DNA of 64,000 nt from the IMG/VR virus record IMGVR_UViG_3300020718_000009, positions 1 through 64,000 of that record; one strand, 5' to 3'. This DNA is from a virus. Taxonomy: Duplodnaviria; Caudoviricetes. The notes under the pieces were generated by a model. That model saw only the letters and a program-made list of their open reading frames with translations. It had not been told where the DNA came from and did not search any database. Shown piece after piece: positions 39,101-49,586 of this stretch (position 1 is its first letter; every line of letters starts with the position of its first letter). Both the position numbers and the translations under genes were made by a program.

Positions 39101-39771
39101 GCTATATTTGTCAGTACTGTAAAAAATCATTTATTAAAGAATCTTCTTTAACGGTACATTCTTGTGAACCACGCCGACGTCGGCAAGAACAAAACGAAGC
39201 CGGTGTAAGAATGGGATTTAACGCTTATTTAAAATTTTATGAACTTACACAAGGTTCAGCTAAACTAAAAACATTTGATGACTTTGCAGAGTCGCCATAC
39301 TATAAGGCATTCGTAAAATTTGGTAGATATTGTGTAAACACAAAAGTTATTAACCCAGCTCGTTTTACTGAATGGGTATTAAAACAAAATAAAAAATTAG
39401 ACTATTGGTGTAGTGACAAACTGTATGAAGAATATTTAATGTATTATTTGAAAGTAGAAAGAATGGAGGATGCGCTAGCCCGCGGAATAGAACACGCTAT
39501 GAAGTGGGCAGAAGAAAAACAAGCTCCATCGCAAGATTTCTTGCGTTACGGAAATCATAATTCTATAACAAGCGCAATAGTTAATGGTCGTATTAGTCCG
39601 TGGTTATTATATAATTGTGAGTCAGGTCAAAAGTTTTTATCTGAAATGAATGTTGAACAACAAGCTATGGTATGGCCATATATTGACACAGATATATGGC
39701 AAAAGAAATTAAAAGAAGATCCTGCCAATCGTATTGAAGCGCAGGAATTGTTAAAAAAGGCAGGCTGGTGA
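39097..39771 (+). CDS. Hypothetical protein with N-terminal C2HC zinc finger
   Basis: CQYCKKSF...H.C. Confidence 0.7.
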   Translation: MSYICQYCKKSFIKESSLTVHSCEPRRRRQEQNEAGVRMGFNAYLKFYELTQGSAKLKTFDDFAESPYYKAFVKFGRYCVNTKVINPARFTEWVLKQNKKLDYWCSDKLYEEYLMYYLKVERMEDALARGIEHAMKWAEEKQAPSQDFLRYGNHNSITSAIVNGRISPWLLYNCESGQKFLSEMNVEQQAMVWPYIDTDIWQKKLKEDPANRIEAQELLKKAGW

Positions 39772-40145
39772 TGAAAATTATTTGTATATTATTAGCGTTA
39801 TTTGGTATCAAACATTTTATATGCGATTTTCTTTTACAAAATGAAAAGATGCTTAAGGATAAGGGAGTATATATGGCCCCGGGTGGTTGCAATCATGCGG
39901 CTATACACGCACTCGGAACCTTAATTGTATTATTATTATTTTTCCCGTGGGACCCAGTTGCTCATATTTTTGCCATTGCAATTGGTTTACTAGATGGCGT
40001 AATACATTATCATATTGATTGGGCAAAAACAAATTTAAGTCAAGGGTTGACTCCTGCTGATCGTAAATTTTGGGTATGGTTCGGGGCCGACCAAGGTCTA
40101 CACTATTTGACATATGTTGGAATAATTGCTATACTTGTTCTATGA
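39768..40145 (+). CDS. DUF3307-like membrane protein
   Basis: KHFICDF.LQ, HA.IH, HYHIDWAK, DQ.LH. Confidence 0.8.
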   Translation: MMKIICILLALFGIKHFICDFLLQNEKMLKDKGVYMAPGGCNHAAIHALGTLIVLLLFFPWDPVAHIFAIAIGLLDGVIHYHIDWAKTNLSQGLTPADRKFWVWFGADQGLHYLTYVGIIAILVL

Positions 40146-40720
40146 GCGCAGATATTGATATTGACTTGGCAGACCGAGAACAAGTACTAAAACTTATTCA
40201 AGCTATACCAGCACGGCAACTACATCAAGGTCAAGTCAGACGTCACGCATCGGGAGTTTATATTACTGATATTCCTTATGACCCAATAAATCAATGCGCG
40301 GCTATAGATTATGAAGAAGCAGAAAAACGCGGATATTTTAAAATTGATTTACTTAACATGTCGGTATACCAGTTAATTAAATCTCCTGAACATTATCAAG
40401 AATTATTAGCAAAAGAACCGCCGTGGGAAAGATTGTGGAATGATTTGGAATGGGCAAAACAACTAGTACATATAGGCAACTATACTGATTTATTATTGAA
40501 AATGAAACCAGATTCTATTCCGCGAATGGCAGCTTTTATAGCAATTATTAGACCAGGAAAAGCTCATTTACAAAATAAATCTTGGCCAAAAATCTTTGAA
40601 ACTGTATGGGATGGGGATGATTCTAAAGGTTTTGTGTTTAAAAAAAGTCATTCAATTTCTTATGCAGCATTAGTAACCTTACACATGAACCTACTTGACG
40701 AAGTTACTCCATCTTCCTAA
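40142..40720 (+). CDS. Miniature DNA polymerase III alpha (DnaE)-like catalytic core, 192 aa
   Basis: DIDID, HASGVY, GYFKIDLL, IRPG, FKKSHSISYA; promoter TTGACA-17-TATACT at 40107-40135. Confidence 0.8.
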   Translation: MSADIDIDLADREQVLKLIQAIPARQLHQGQVRRHASGVYITDIPYDPINQCAAIDYEEAEKRGYFKIDLLNMSVYQLIKSPEHYQELLAKEPPWERLWNDLEWAKQLVHIGNYTDLLLKMKPDSIPRMAAFIAIIRPGKAHLQNKSWPKIFETVWDGDDSKGFVFKKSHSISYAALVTLHMNLLDEVTPSS

Positions 40721-41081
40721 CTAAAGTAATAGATTTTCTTTTTGACTTTTTACGGGCTAATTCAGCTAAACTACAGACTGGTCCATGCATAATTTCGAGA
40801 TCTTTGTTTATAAAAGTACGCAAATAAACTTTAAACGGATCCCATTCGTTTTTTAAGAAAATATTTATAGGTATAGATCTGTTGCTTTCCCACCACCAAA
40901 TGTTGGCTAATTTTAAGAAATCTTTCTTTATATCAAGGTCGCTTATACTTCCAAAGTCATAAATTGTTGTAATTATATCGTCCCGATTTTGTATAATTCC
41001 CACATATTCTTGAGAAGCGTAAACACATAGCGTTATAAACGGGTATTTGTCAGTTAATTTAGTGAATATTTCAGTGCTCAT
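40704..41081 (-). CDS. Hypothetical protein
   Basis: 125-aa ORF with WWWESNRSIPI motif; minus-strand TAAATA upstream. Confidence 0.7.
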   Translation of the reverse strand: MSTEIFTKLTDKYPFITLCVYASQEYVGIIQNRDDIITTIYDFGSISDLDIKKDFLKLANIWWWESNRSIPINIFLKNEWDPFKVYLRTFINKDLEIMHGPVCSLAELARKKSKRKSITLVRKME

Positions 41082-41151
41082 CTATTAGTAGTTATTCGTA
41101 TGGGATATTTATGTTCCAAAAGTTTATAGTTAAATATCACTAAATATTAAT

Positions 41152-41673
41152 ATGAGTTTTAACCGACAACAACCGCCCTTAAATTTTTATGTTTACTTGT
41201 ATTTGCGAGAAGATGGAACACCTTACTATTGCGGTAAAGGATTAGGATCACGAGCATGGGCAACACACAGAACGCCCATCCCGCACAATGATCGCATAAA
41301 AATAGTTGCACATAATTTAGCAGAAGTTGAGGCACTTTTGTTAGAAAAAAAACTTATCACGTATTATGGCCGCAAAGATTTAGGTACTGGATTATTACAT
41401 AATATGACAGAAGGGGGCGAGGGATCGTCGGGTAGAATAACTGAAGAAATAACAAAAAATAAAATATCTAAAGTAAAAACTGGAAAACCCAATAAAGGGG
41501 CAGGCTGGAATAGAGGTGTTAAATATACTGAAGAATTCAAACAACGATTAGATATGTCTGGTTTAGAAAAAGGACATGGCTGGAATAAAGGGCTTAAATT
41601 GTCAGAAACTCACAAAGAAAATCTTAAAAAAGCATGGGAAAAGCGAAAATTAGCTCAGCAAATTAATGTATAA
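41152..41673 (+). mobile_element. GIY-YIG homing endonuclease with NUMOD3-like repeats
   Basis: FYVYLYLREDGTPYYCGKG, RA, LE..LI..YGR, N.T.GGEG, WNKG repeats. Confidence 0.85.
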
Positions 41674-41681
41674 ATATATGA

Positions 41682-42842
41682 ATGTACTCCACAGAAGTTT
41701 TCCTCTATCAGCAACGAACTCAAGTAGTTTTATTGGATTCGAGCGGGCAGTATTTTACAATGAGGTACAATTCGGTGTATTCTAAACGCCTAACTTTAAA
41801 TCTCGGAGTTGATAATGTGCTGTTATTTTCATTTGTCAATCAAGACGAAAAACCTGTAAATGTAAACGGATGCACTTTTATATTTCGGGTAACAAATACT
41901 CAAGGAACTACATTGTTGCTACAAGAGCCAATGACTATTCTTAATGCCGCCGCAGGGCAAGTTAAAGTAACAGTTCCAGCAGAACACACTTTAGAACTAA
42001 TAGCACAACCAGCATCCTATTCAATCAGTGTACAAAGTGGTAATTTAAATCAAGCGGTCTTTACCAATGCTCAGTCTGGTGCTCGCGCTCCCATTGATCT
42101 TGTTAATTCTGTATTTCCACAATTTGTACCATCAGCACCATTAACTATTCCAACTATAAAGTTAAGTGCTCAGTCAAGTTTAGACGGAGCCGGATATGAA
42201 AATTTTCCAGGTTGGGCAGGGGTTGGATATTGGGGATCAGCAGCCAGTGGGTCGCCTTACTGGAACACTTACTCTAATTCCGAATATTATTCTAGTTTTA
42301 TAGTACCAAAAAATTATATTACAACTATACAAATGGATTTAATTGGGTATACTGGTACTATAAAAGCTCAATGGGCACAAAATTATCAAAGTATTTGGTA
42401 TAACATTACCGAAAGTACTACCTACTATAACGAAACTAGAACCATTTATATGAATGTGGTAGGTTGGTATCCTTTGTTGCGTTTGGGATTTAATAATAGT
42501 ATTTTTTCAGTACCAGACCAACCTGGTTATCCAGCTAACGCATTTGCCACATGCGTAGACGGAGTGGTTACTAACATTACTGTTCAAAATCCTGGTTCTG
42601 GATATTTGGCACCGCCACAAGTTAATATTTTAGGTAACGGATCAGGTGCTCGTGCCGAAGCTGTGCTTGGACCAAACGGCTCTGTTACTGGAATTAATGT
42701 TATAAATGGTGGTTCTGGTTATTGGCCAATTCCTATTGGCGGCCCCGGAAGTAACGGGCAAATAAATCCTATTCCACCAAATAATTCTGGAGCTTTTGTG
42801 GCTATATCAACTGGATACGTTGTAAATTTAATGTATCGATAA
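41682..42842 (+). CDS. Virion structural protein (BppU-like N-terminus)
   Basis: GVDN.L.F.F.N.D.KPV, GSGY repeats; late promoter at 41671. Confidence 0.6.
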   Translation: MYSTEVFLYQQRTQVVLLDSSGQYFTMRYNSVYSKRLTLNLGVDNVLLFSFVNQDEKPVNVNGCTFIFRVTNTQGTTLLLQEPMTILNAAAGQVKVTVPAEHTLELIAQPASYSISVQSGNLNQAVFTNAQSGARAPIDLVNSVFPQFVPSAPLTIPTIKLSAQSSLDGAGYENFPGWAGVGYWGSAASGSPYWNTYSNSEYYSSFIVPKNYITTIQMDLIGYTGTIKAQWAQNYQSIWYNITESTTYYNETRTIYMNVVGWYPLLRLGFNNSIFSVPDQPGYPANAFATCVDGVVTNITVQNPGSGYLAPPQVNILGNGSGARAEAVLGPNGSVTGINVINGGSGYWPIPIGGPGSNGQINPIPPNNSGAFVAISTGYVVNLMYR

Positions 42843-42878
42843 TGTTGTAATCAGCTGGTAATTATGCTATACTGTAGC

Positions 42879-43859
42879 ATGATTGATGTAATTTCTTTTT
42901 TACCCGGTAAGAAAAAACACACAAGTTCTGGTTGGATTTCATTCAATGCTCCTTGTTGTATTCATCGCGGTAACACTCAAGATAAAAGACAACGTGGAGG
43001 AATTAAACCAACGCCGGAAGGTGGATGGAGTTATCATTGTTTTAATTGCGGTCTCACAGCAAGTTTTATACCCGGCAGAAGTTTATCATTTAAAGCACGA
43101 AAATTATTAGAATGGTTCGGGGTTGATAATGTTACTATCGAACAAATAAATCTCGAAAGTTTACGCCATCGCACAATGCATGGCTTGCTTGAAAATCAAA
43201 AAAATGTAATTAAAGCCGTAGAATTTGAAGAACGAGATTTGCCCGCCGAGCTAGAACTTATAGATGTTAATAATCCTAATCATATTCCATATATAGAATA
43301 TTTAGAAGGACGCAGCGTAGATTGTACAGCGTATCCTTATATGGTAAGTTCTACGGCAGAAGGTAGACAATCCAAACGTATTGTCATACCCTTTACGCAT
43401 AACGGATTAATAGTTGGAAATAGCGCCAGGTATATAGATGGACGACAGCCTAAATTCATATCAGACACACAACAAGGATATGTATTTGGAGTTGATTTAC
43501 AAAAAGATAATTGGGAACATGCCATTGTAGTAGAGGGAGTATTTGACGCACTTGTCATAAATGGATTGGCAGTATTACATAATAATATTAATGACACGCA
43601 ATCGCAAGTTATTAAAAGTTTGGGAAAAACTATTACTGTAGTTCCAGATCAAGACCAAGCAGGTATGGCATTAGTAGATAGAGCAATAGAATTGGGGTGG
43701 GCTGTTAGTATACCAGAATGGCCACAAGGTATTAAAGATGTAAATGATGCGGTAAATTGTATGGGTAAGATAGCGACCTTGCTAACTATATTAAAAGCCA
43801 GAGAAACTAACAAATATAAAATTGATATAAAAAGGAAACAACTTGTTAAAAGATTATAG
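42879..43859 (+). CDS. gp61: DNA primase
   Basis: Zn-binding C..HCFNC, TOPRIM VVEGVFDA, PDQD.AG, KDVND. Confidence 0.9.
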   Translation: MIDVISFLPGKKKHTSSGWISFNAPCCIHRGNTQDKRQRGGIKPTPEGGWSYHCFNCGLTASFIPGRSLSFKARKLLEWFGVDNVTIEQINLESLRHRTMHGLLENQKNVIKAVEFEERDLPAELELIDVNNPNHIPYIEYLEGRSVDCTAYPYMVSSTAEGRQSKRIVIPFTHNGLIVGNSARYIDGRQPKFISDTQQGYVFGVDLQKDNWEHAIVVEGVFDALVINGLAVLHNNINDTQSQVIKSLGKTITVVPDQDQAGMALVDRAIELGWAVSIPEWPQGIKDVNDAVNCMGKIATLLTILKARETNKYKIDIKRKQLVKRL

Positions 43860-45246
43860 TATAGAAGTACAAAAATTATTTTTAGAAATGATGCTCAGCG
43901 ATGCTGAATCATTTGTTCGCGTTCAAAATATATACAATCCCGAAAATTTCGATCGCAGTATTCGTACTGCCGCTGATTTTATTAAAAAACATTATGAAGA
44001 ACATGGATCACTTCCGGTATTACAACAAGTTAATGCTACATCAGGGATTAAATTAAACGAATTGCCAGATTTACCAGATGGTAATATGGAATGGTTTATG
44101 GAAGAATTTGAAGGTTTTACTAAAAAAGAAGAACTTAGCAGAGCTATTCTTAAATCATATGACATGTTGGATAAAGGCGATTTTGACCCGGTTGAAAAAT
44201 TAATTAAAGATGCCGTACAAATTAGTTTACAAAAAGACATGGGCACAGATTATTTTGCTGATCCTAGAGCCCGTAATGACAAATATTTTAATTCTGGCGG
44301 TCAAGTAAGCACTGGCTGGCCATCTTTGGATAAAATATTATATGGTGGATTTAGTCGTGGCGAACTGAATATTTTTGCTGGCGGATCTGGATCGGGTAAA
44401 TCTTTGGTAATGATGAATATTGCTATCAGCTGGCTTGAACAAGGACTAAGTGGAGCATATATAAGTTTAGAGCTTAGTGAAGAATTGGTTGGATTGCGTA
44501 CTGATGCAATGCTATCAAGCATGTCAACTAAAGACATCAGAAAAGATTTAGAAACAGCCGAATTAAAAGTTAAAATGTTTGGTAAAAAAGCCGGGCAATA
44601 TCGTGTCAAAGCACTACCAGCACAAAGTAATATCAATGATGTACGCTCCTATTTAAAAGAAGTACAAGTACAAACAGATATTAAAATTGACTTTGTAATG
44701 GTTGATTATTTAGATTTATTAATGCCAGTTAGTGCCAAAGTTAGTCCCAACGATTTGTTTGTCAAAGACAAATATGTGTCGGAAGAATTGCGAAATTTAG
44801 CCAAAGAATTGGGAGTATTACTAGTAACCGCTAGTCAGTTAAATCGTGCGGCAGTGGAAGAAATTGAATTTGACCATAGTCATATTTCGGGTGGTATTAG
44901 TAAAATTAATACCGCTGATAATGTGTTTGGTATTTTTACAAGTCGTGCTATGAAAGAACGTGGGCGTTATCAATTACAATGTATGAAAACTCGTACAAGT
45001 AATGGAACTGGGCAAAAAGTAGAATTAGAATATAATATTGAAACTATGAGAATTACGGATTTACCTGAGGAAACAACCCCTATAAATTCATTTAAAAAAG
45101 CTAATATTTACGATAGCATAAAAACACAAAGCAAAGTAATTAATTCAGAACCTATAGATGATGAATTAGGTGAAACTGGAAAAATTACTGCGGATGTACA
45201 AAGTGCTAAATTAAAGCAATTATTAGGACAAATTAAGCAGAATTAA
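43843..45246 (+). CDS. gp41: Replicative DnaB-family helicase (TTG start)
   Basis: GGSGSGKS, SLELSE, VDYLDL, TASQLNR. Confidence 0.92.
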   Translation: MLKDYSIEVQKLFLEMMLSDAESFVRVQNIYNPENFDRSIRTAADFIKKHYEEHGSLPVLQQVNATSGIKLNELPDLPDGNMEWFMEEFEGFTKKEELSRAILKSYDMLDKGDFDPVEKLIKDAVQISLQKDMGTDYFADPRARNDKYFNSGGQVSTGWPSLDKILYGGFSRGELNIFAGGSGSGKSLVMMNIAISWLEQGLSGAYISLELSEELVGLRTDAMLSSMSTKDIRKDLETAELKVKMFGKKAGQYRVKALPAQSNINDVRSYLKEVQVQTDIKIDFVMVDYLDLLMPVSAKVSPNDLFVKDKYVSEELRNLAKELGVLLVTASQLNRAAVEEIEFDHSHISGGISKINTADNVFGIFTSRAMKERGRYQLQCMKTRTSNGTGQKVELEYNIETMRITDLPEETTPINSFKKANIYDSIKTQSKVINSEPIDDELGETGKITADVQSAKLKQLLGQIKQN

Positions 45247-45298
45247 ACCAGACTACATAATTTAAAATGTAATAAATAATAAAAAGGTTCTGGCAAAA

Positions 45299-45547
45299 AT
45301 GCAAAAGAAAACTCGTAGTATTCTAGAAGAATTAGACAGTTTATATACAGAGCGCGATAATCGTCATATTATTGAAAATCGTGCTAATAATATTATTACT
45401 AGTGCTATACGCTTACTAGAACAGATTGATGAGTCTTACAGTCCTGAACAAGCAGATAATCTTACACGAAAATTAATTAATGCTATTAAACTTCGTGATC
45501 CAGGCAAGTTTACTCGCACCGTGAGGAAAACGGATGAAAATTTATAA
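45299..45547 (+). CDS. Hypothetical late protein
   Basis: ATAAATA and AAGG upstream. Confidence 0.65.
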   Translation: MQKKTRSILEELDSLYTERDNRHIIENRANNIITSAIRLLEQIDESYSPEQADNLTRKLINAIKLRDPGKFTRTVRKTDENL

Positions 45548-45574
45548 AATAACTGAACGTCAGCGATAATAACT

Positions 45575-47479
45575 ATGATATTAAAAGAAGGTGGTAATGT
45601 ATTTAAAAATTCCGATGGGCAAATACAGACACAACGTATTAATCAAATAGATGTTAAACCAACACTAGATTGGCTTGAACAAATGGTTGACCTTGATTTG
45701 CAAAATAATACTTTAGGATCAACTGGACTTAAACCTACATCCGGTGATCTTGATGTAGCAGTTGATAGCAGTAAAATAACCCCCGAGCAGTTAATCGCCG
45801 AACTTACACAGTGGTGTAATAGTCATCAACTTAATCCCAGAGATTACGTTAAAAAAGGTGGCGGACAAATACATTTTAAAACACCCATTGCTGGTAATCC
45901 TGATAAAGGATATGTACAAACAGATTTTATGTTTATGAAAAATTTGGGAGTAGGTAAATTCTTTTTATCGGCTCCGGCAAATTCAGAGTATTCAGGTCGA
46001 GATCGGCATATTATGTTTAACAGTATTGGGAAACCCTTGGGATATAAAATTGTCCCTCGTGAAGGTCTTGTAAGTCGGGATAGTAACCAAGTAGTAGAAA
46101 CTGATCCGGACAAAATTGCAAAACTTTTATTAGGCAAATCTGCTACCAAAGAAGATTTATATAGCGTAGAAACCATGGTACAGGCCTTGCAAAATGATTC
46201 ACAGCGAGATTTAAAGTTGGCCGATGCTAGAGCATTCTTTAGTAAAGAAGGTGTACCATTTTTTGAAACTCGCGGCGAAAGCGATGTTAACTTTTTGGCA
46301 AGACTACGAGACCGCATTGTCAATCAAAAAATGACACAGCTAATTGAAGATACCCAAGTACAAGGTGGAAAAGCCAAAGGTATAGAACACATAGAAGATT
46401 TGGTATTCAGGCGTGGTACAGCTGGGATAAAAGATGCCTTGGCTGTAATTGATCATCTTAAAGATAATACCAAAACATCAACTTCAGTTAAATGGGACGG
46501 TAAACCTGCAGTTATATTTGGTCGCCAACCTGACGGTGCTTTTGTATTAACTGATGTGGCCGGATTTACTGCTGTTGGATATAGCGGATTGTTTACTAGC
46601 CCTCGCCAACTTACGCAGCAATTAGCACATCGTGACGCCGAAGCACGATCTAAGGGTAATCAAGCCACTCGAGTAGACGAGCTCGCACCAATTTATCAAA
46701 AATTATGGCCCATGTTAGAAGCAGCCACTCCAGAAAACTTTAAAGGATTTATTCAAGGAGATTTACTTTATACGCAAACTCCTACCGAACAAACAGGAGC
46801 TTATGTGTTTAAACCTAACACTATAGCATACAGTATTCCCGCCGCCAGTGATTTAGGACAACAAATTGGAGCAAGTGAAGTGGGTATTGCCATTCATACT
46901 CAGTACAACGAGCCAGGTGCTCCTAAACAAGCAATTGGAAAATTAAATTTAAATCCTGTTCCTGGGTTACTGTTAATTGAACCCATAAGACCTACAGAAA
47001 ATGTTAAGCCCAAAGATAGTGGGAAAGTTAAACAATTAAAACAACTGATAAGCATTCATGGTAACAGTATTAATACTTTGTTTGATCCAACAGAGCTTAG
47101 AACTTTAAAAATTACAGATTTACCTAAACTTTGTATTGATTATATCAATAGTTTAGTAAAGAATGTTAATATTACTAATTTTGATCCTAATCAACTATTA
47201 CCAGAATTTGGTAAATGGCTACAGCAAAAAGTTACTCCTAGCAAGTATAATAATATTGTAGAATATTTACAAAGCCCCCGCTCAAATATGAATGGTATTT
47301 CTGCCGCATTTTCGGCGTTTGTATTGTTACACGATATAAAAACTGATTTATTGCATCAACTGGACCTGCAGCACCCAGGGCAAGAGGGTTGGGTTATAGC
47401 AATTCCCGGCGGAACTGTTAAATTTGTTAATAGATTTGACTTTAGTCGCGCCAATCGCCAGCAAAATAATCCTGTATAA
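45575..47479 (+). CDS. Two-domain protein: pol-beta-type nucleotidyltransferase plus ligase-like (KxDG) domain
   Basis: LGSTG...SGDLDV and QTDF; then KWDG, QGDL, EGWV, K.VNR. Confidence 0.7.
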   Translation: MILKEGGNVFKNSDGQIQTQRINQIDVKPTLDWLEQMVDLDLQNNTLGSTGLKPTSGDLDVAVDSSKITPEQLIAELTQWCNSHQLNPRDYVKKGGGQIHFKTPIAGNPDKGYVQTDFMFMKNLGVGKFFLSAPANSEYSGRDRHIMFNSIGKPLGYKIVPREGLVSRDSNQVVETDPDKIAKLLLGKSATKEDLYSVETMVQALQNDSQRDLKLADARAFFSKEGVPFFETRGESDVNFLARLRDRIVNQKMTQLIEDTQVQGGKAKGIEHIEDLVFRRGTAGIKDALAVIDHLKDNTKTSTSVKWDGKPAVIFGRQPDGAFVLTDVAGFTAVGYSGLFTSPRQLTQQLAHRDAEARSKGNQATRVDELAPIYQKLWPMLEAATPENFKGFIQGDLLYTQTPTEQTGAYVFKPNTIAYSIPAASDLGQQIGASEVGIAIHTQYNEPGAPKQAIGKLNLNPVPGLLLIEPIRPTENVKPKDSGKVKQLKQLISIHGNSINTLFDPTELRTLKITDLPKLCIDYINSLVKNVNITNFDPNQLLPEFGKWLQQKVTPSKYNNIVEYLQSPRSNMNGISAAFSAFVLLHDIKTDLLHQLDLQHPGQEGWVIAIPGGTVKFVNRFDFSRANRQQNNPV

Positions 47480-47561
47480 TCTACACCAAAGATGCCATTT
47501 TTAGTCATTTGACTAAATACTTGTAGGACTTTCGGGTCCACATACATAAGGAGATTTAAAA

Positions 47562-48032
47562 ATGGCACAAATTCCATTAGTATCAGGTGGTTCACAACCA
47601 GTATTCGCTATTGACACACTCAATGGCCCACAGTTAGCAGCAAACACAGCATATGCCCCAGCTGGCGTACCAGTAATGATTCAAGGTCCAAAACTAGACT
47701 TTTTTGGTGTTGGTCTTGGCAATTCAGGTTTTAATCAAGCTGGTGTTAACGGCGCAATTCAGCAAATTATCCAAGCTATTCAACAAACTTGTACAGTTGC
47801 TTTTTATCAAGTAGACAATACAAATAACGCAGTTGATTTTAGTTTGGCCGTTTATCCAACAGGCGCTTTTGGTAACATTGCTAACGCCCAAGCAGCAACA
47901 AACTTTGCCGCTACAATTACAGCATTGGGAAATATTTACAATTCCACAGCTAATACATATTGTAACGTAGCAGCTGCAACTGTAACAACAGTTGGTTTCC
48001 GTTTGGCTTCTACAGCAACTTCAGCCAGCTAA
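47562..48032 (+). CDS. Small, probably abundant virion protein
   Basis: Late promoter CTAAATA, AAGGAG SD, own terminator. Confidence 0.6.
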   Translation: MAQIPLVSGGSQPVFAIDTLNGPQLAANTAYAPAGVPVMIQGPKLDFFGVGLGNSGFNQAGVNGAIQQIIQAIQQTCTVAFYQVDNTNNAVDFSLAVYPTGAFGNIANAQAATNFAATITALGNIYNSTANTYCNVAAATVTTVGFRLASTATSAS

Positions 48033-48058
48033 TTTTAAAGGCAACTTTAAAATATCAG

Positions 48059-48082
48059 GAAAGCACCGCAAGGTGCTTTTTT
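48059..48082 (+). terminator. Rho-independent terminator
   Basis: AAAGCACC-GCAA-GGTGCTTT then T run. Confidence 0.85.
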
Positions 48083-48130
48083 GTTGACATTAGTTTACGT
48101 CCTTGCTAAAATGAGTTAAATACATCTATT

Positions 48131-48385
48131 ATGACAGTTAGTAAGATTACCGAAGTTACCATTTTTGAATCTTTAGAAGGCGGCCGCACGGTTTATGCTC
48201 GGCATCCTGGTTCAAACATTAGGAAATTGCATTCACAAGATCCAGCTTTGGAAAAGGATTTAGCAGATTTACGGGAGCAAGAACGCTGGCAATTTATATT
48301 AGCCGCCAGAAAAGATAACCCGGTAATTAATGAATTGTGTGAGCAAGTCGAGATTTTATATGAATTGTCAAAAAACTCACAATGA
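48131..48385 (+). CDS. Hypothetical protein
   Basis: IFES..GG.TVYAR motif; both sigma70 and TAAATA promoters upstream. Confidence 0.65.
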   Translation: MTVSKITEVTIFESLEGGRTVYARHPGSNIRKLHSQDPALEKDLADLREQERWQFILAARKDNPVINELCEQVEILYELSKNSQ

Positions 48386-48795
48386 AATTTTCATGTAAAA
48401 CTTTTTTTGATATTACTGCCACTGGTATTACTGGGCACTACAAATCATCGCGAATACCATTTAAAGATAAAGCCGATCAATCTATTGAAAATGAAATATT
48501 ATGGAATCGTTCTAGAAATCAACAGAGGAATTGGGAAACTATTACCCAACTATTATCTATGCGTACCCAAATATTTGATTTAACAATACCAAAAAAGATA
48601 AAAAACGTTTGGGAATTTGAGTTTGAAGTTGAGGCTGTAGGAGTTTTTGAATCACAAGACAACCCAGTGGGAATACTATTAATAGATGCTGATGGTGTTC
48701 CCATGCTTACGGGGTTGACTGAAAAGCAAGGAATTGGGCCTGTTCTTGTGCCAAAAGGCGAAAATCAAAACATCTGGTTTAGCAAATTATTATAA
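48382..48795 (+). CDS. Hypothetical protein
   Basis: T.FDIT.TG, RNQQRNWET motifs. Confidence 0.65.
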   Translation: MKFSCKTFFDITATGITGHYKSSRIPFKDKADQSIENEILWNRSRNQQRNWETITQLLSMRTQIFDLTIPKKIKNVWEFEFEVEAVGVFESQDNPVGILLIDADGVPMLTGLTEKQGIGPVLVPKGENQNIWFSKLL

Positions 48796-48828
48796 ATAAT
48801 GCAAAGAATTATAATAGAGGATTTAAAA

Positions 48829-49092
48829 ATGATTGAAGCTACCGATATCGAAAAGAAAAGCCTTGAGGCTCATGTAGAACTCTGCGCAGAAAGATACAAC
48901 GCACTAGAAAATAGATTAGACATATTAGACGAAAAAATTGAAGATAATAATTCTATGATTCGTGAAATTCGAGATATGGTCGTTGCAATGTCTTCTAAAC
49001 GCAATGATCAAATTATTGCTTGGGGAACCGCATTAATAGGTGTTTTTGCTGGCACCACAGCTTGGTTAGTAATTCACTACGGTTTTAAATGA
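48829..49092 (+). CDS. Coiled-coil protein with C-terminal transmembrane helix
   Basis: LEAHVELCAERY coiled coil; hydrophobic tail. Confidence 0.65.
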   Translation: MIEATDIEKKSLEAHVELCAERYNALENRLDILDEKIEDNNSMIREIRDMVVAMSSKRNDQIIAWGTALIGVFAGTTAWLVIHYGFK

Positions 49093-49586
49093 ACTATACA
49101 GCCGAATTTAAACATATACTTCGCGAAGAATTTGGTACGCTAACAAATAATCTTATTTGGAAAAACGACAATGGCGATTATGAAGTATTTGATCACTATT
49201 TAATTGTCATTGAAAAAAAAGGCTACCGCGTATATTGTTCGGCCACTGACGTAGGACTTTTTAACAGCACTAAATCAGCTCTTAGTTGGTGTATTGCAGA
49301 CAAATATAAACACTTTAATTTAGCAAGAGATATATTAACATTAGATAACAAATTAACTTCATTAATTAATGATATAGCAATTCGTGCTAATTTAGCAGAC
49401 AGCAGTAAAAATCCTGTATTTCGCGAAACTATAGAAATCAAGCTAGAAACCAAGATTATACGCAAAAAACAAGTAGAACAGGAATTAACCAAATGTGTCA
49501 ATTACGCTAAATACTGTCAACAACGAGGATTTAATAATGAAACTATTCGAACTGGCCGCCCAACAGCCGTCAAAAAAAGCCGCTAA
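49089..49586 (+). CDS. Hypothetical protein
   Basis: Coupled ORF. Confidence 0.6.
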   Translation: MNYTAEFKHILREEFGTLTNNLIWKNDNGDYEVFDHYLIVIEKKGYRVYCSATDVGLFNSTKSALSWCIADKYKHFNLARDILTLDNKLTSLINDIAIRANLADSSKNPVFRETIEIKLETKIIRKKQVEQELTKCVNYAKYCQQRGFNNETIRTGRPTAVKKSR

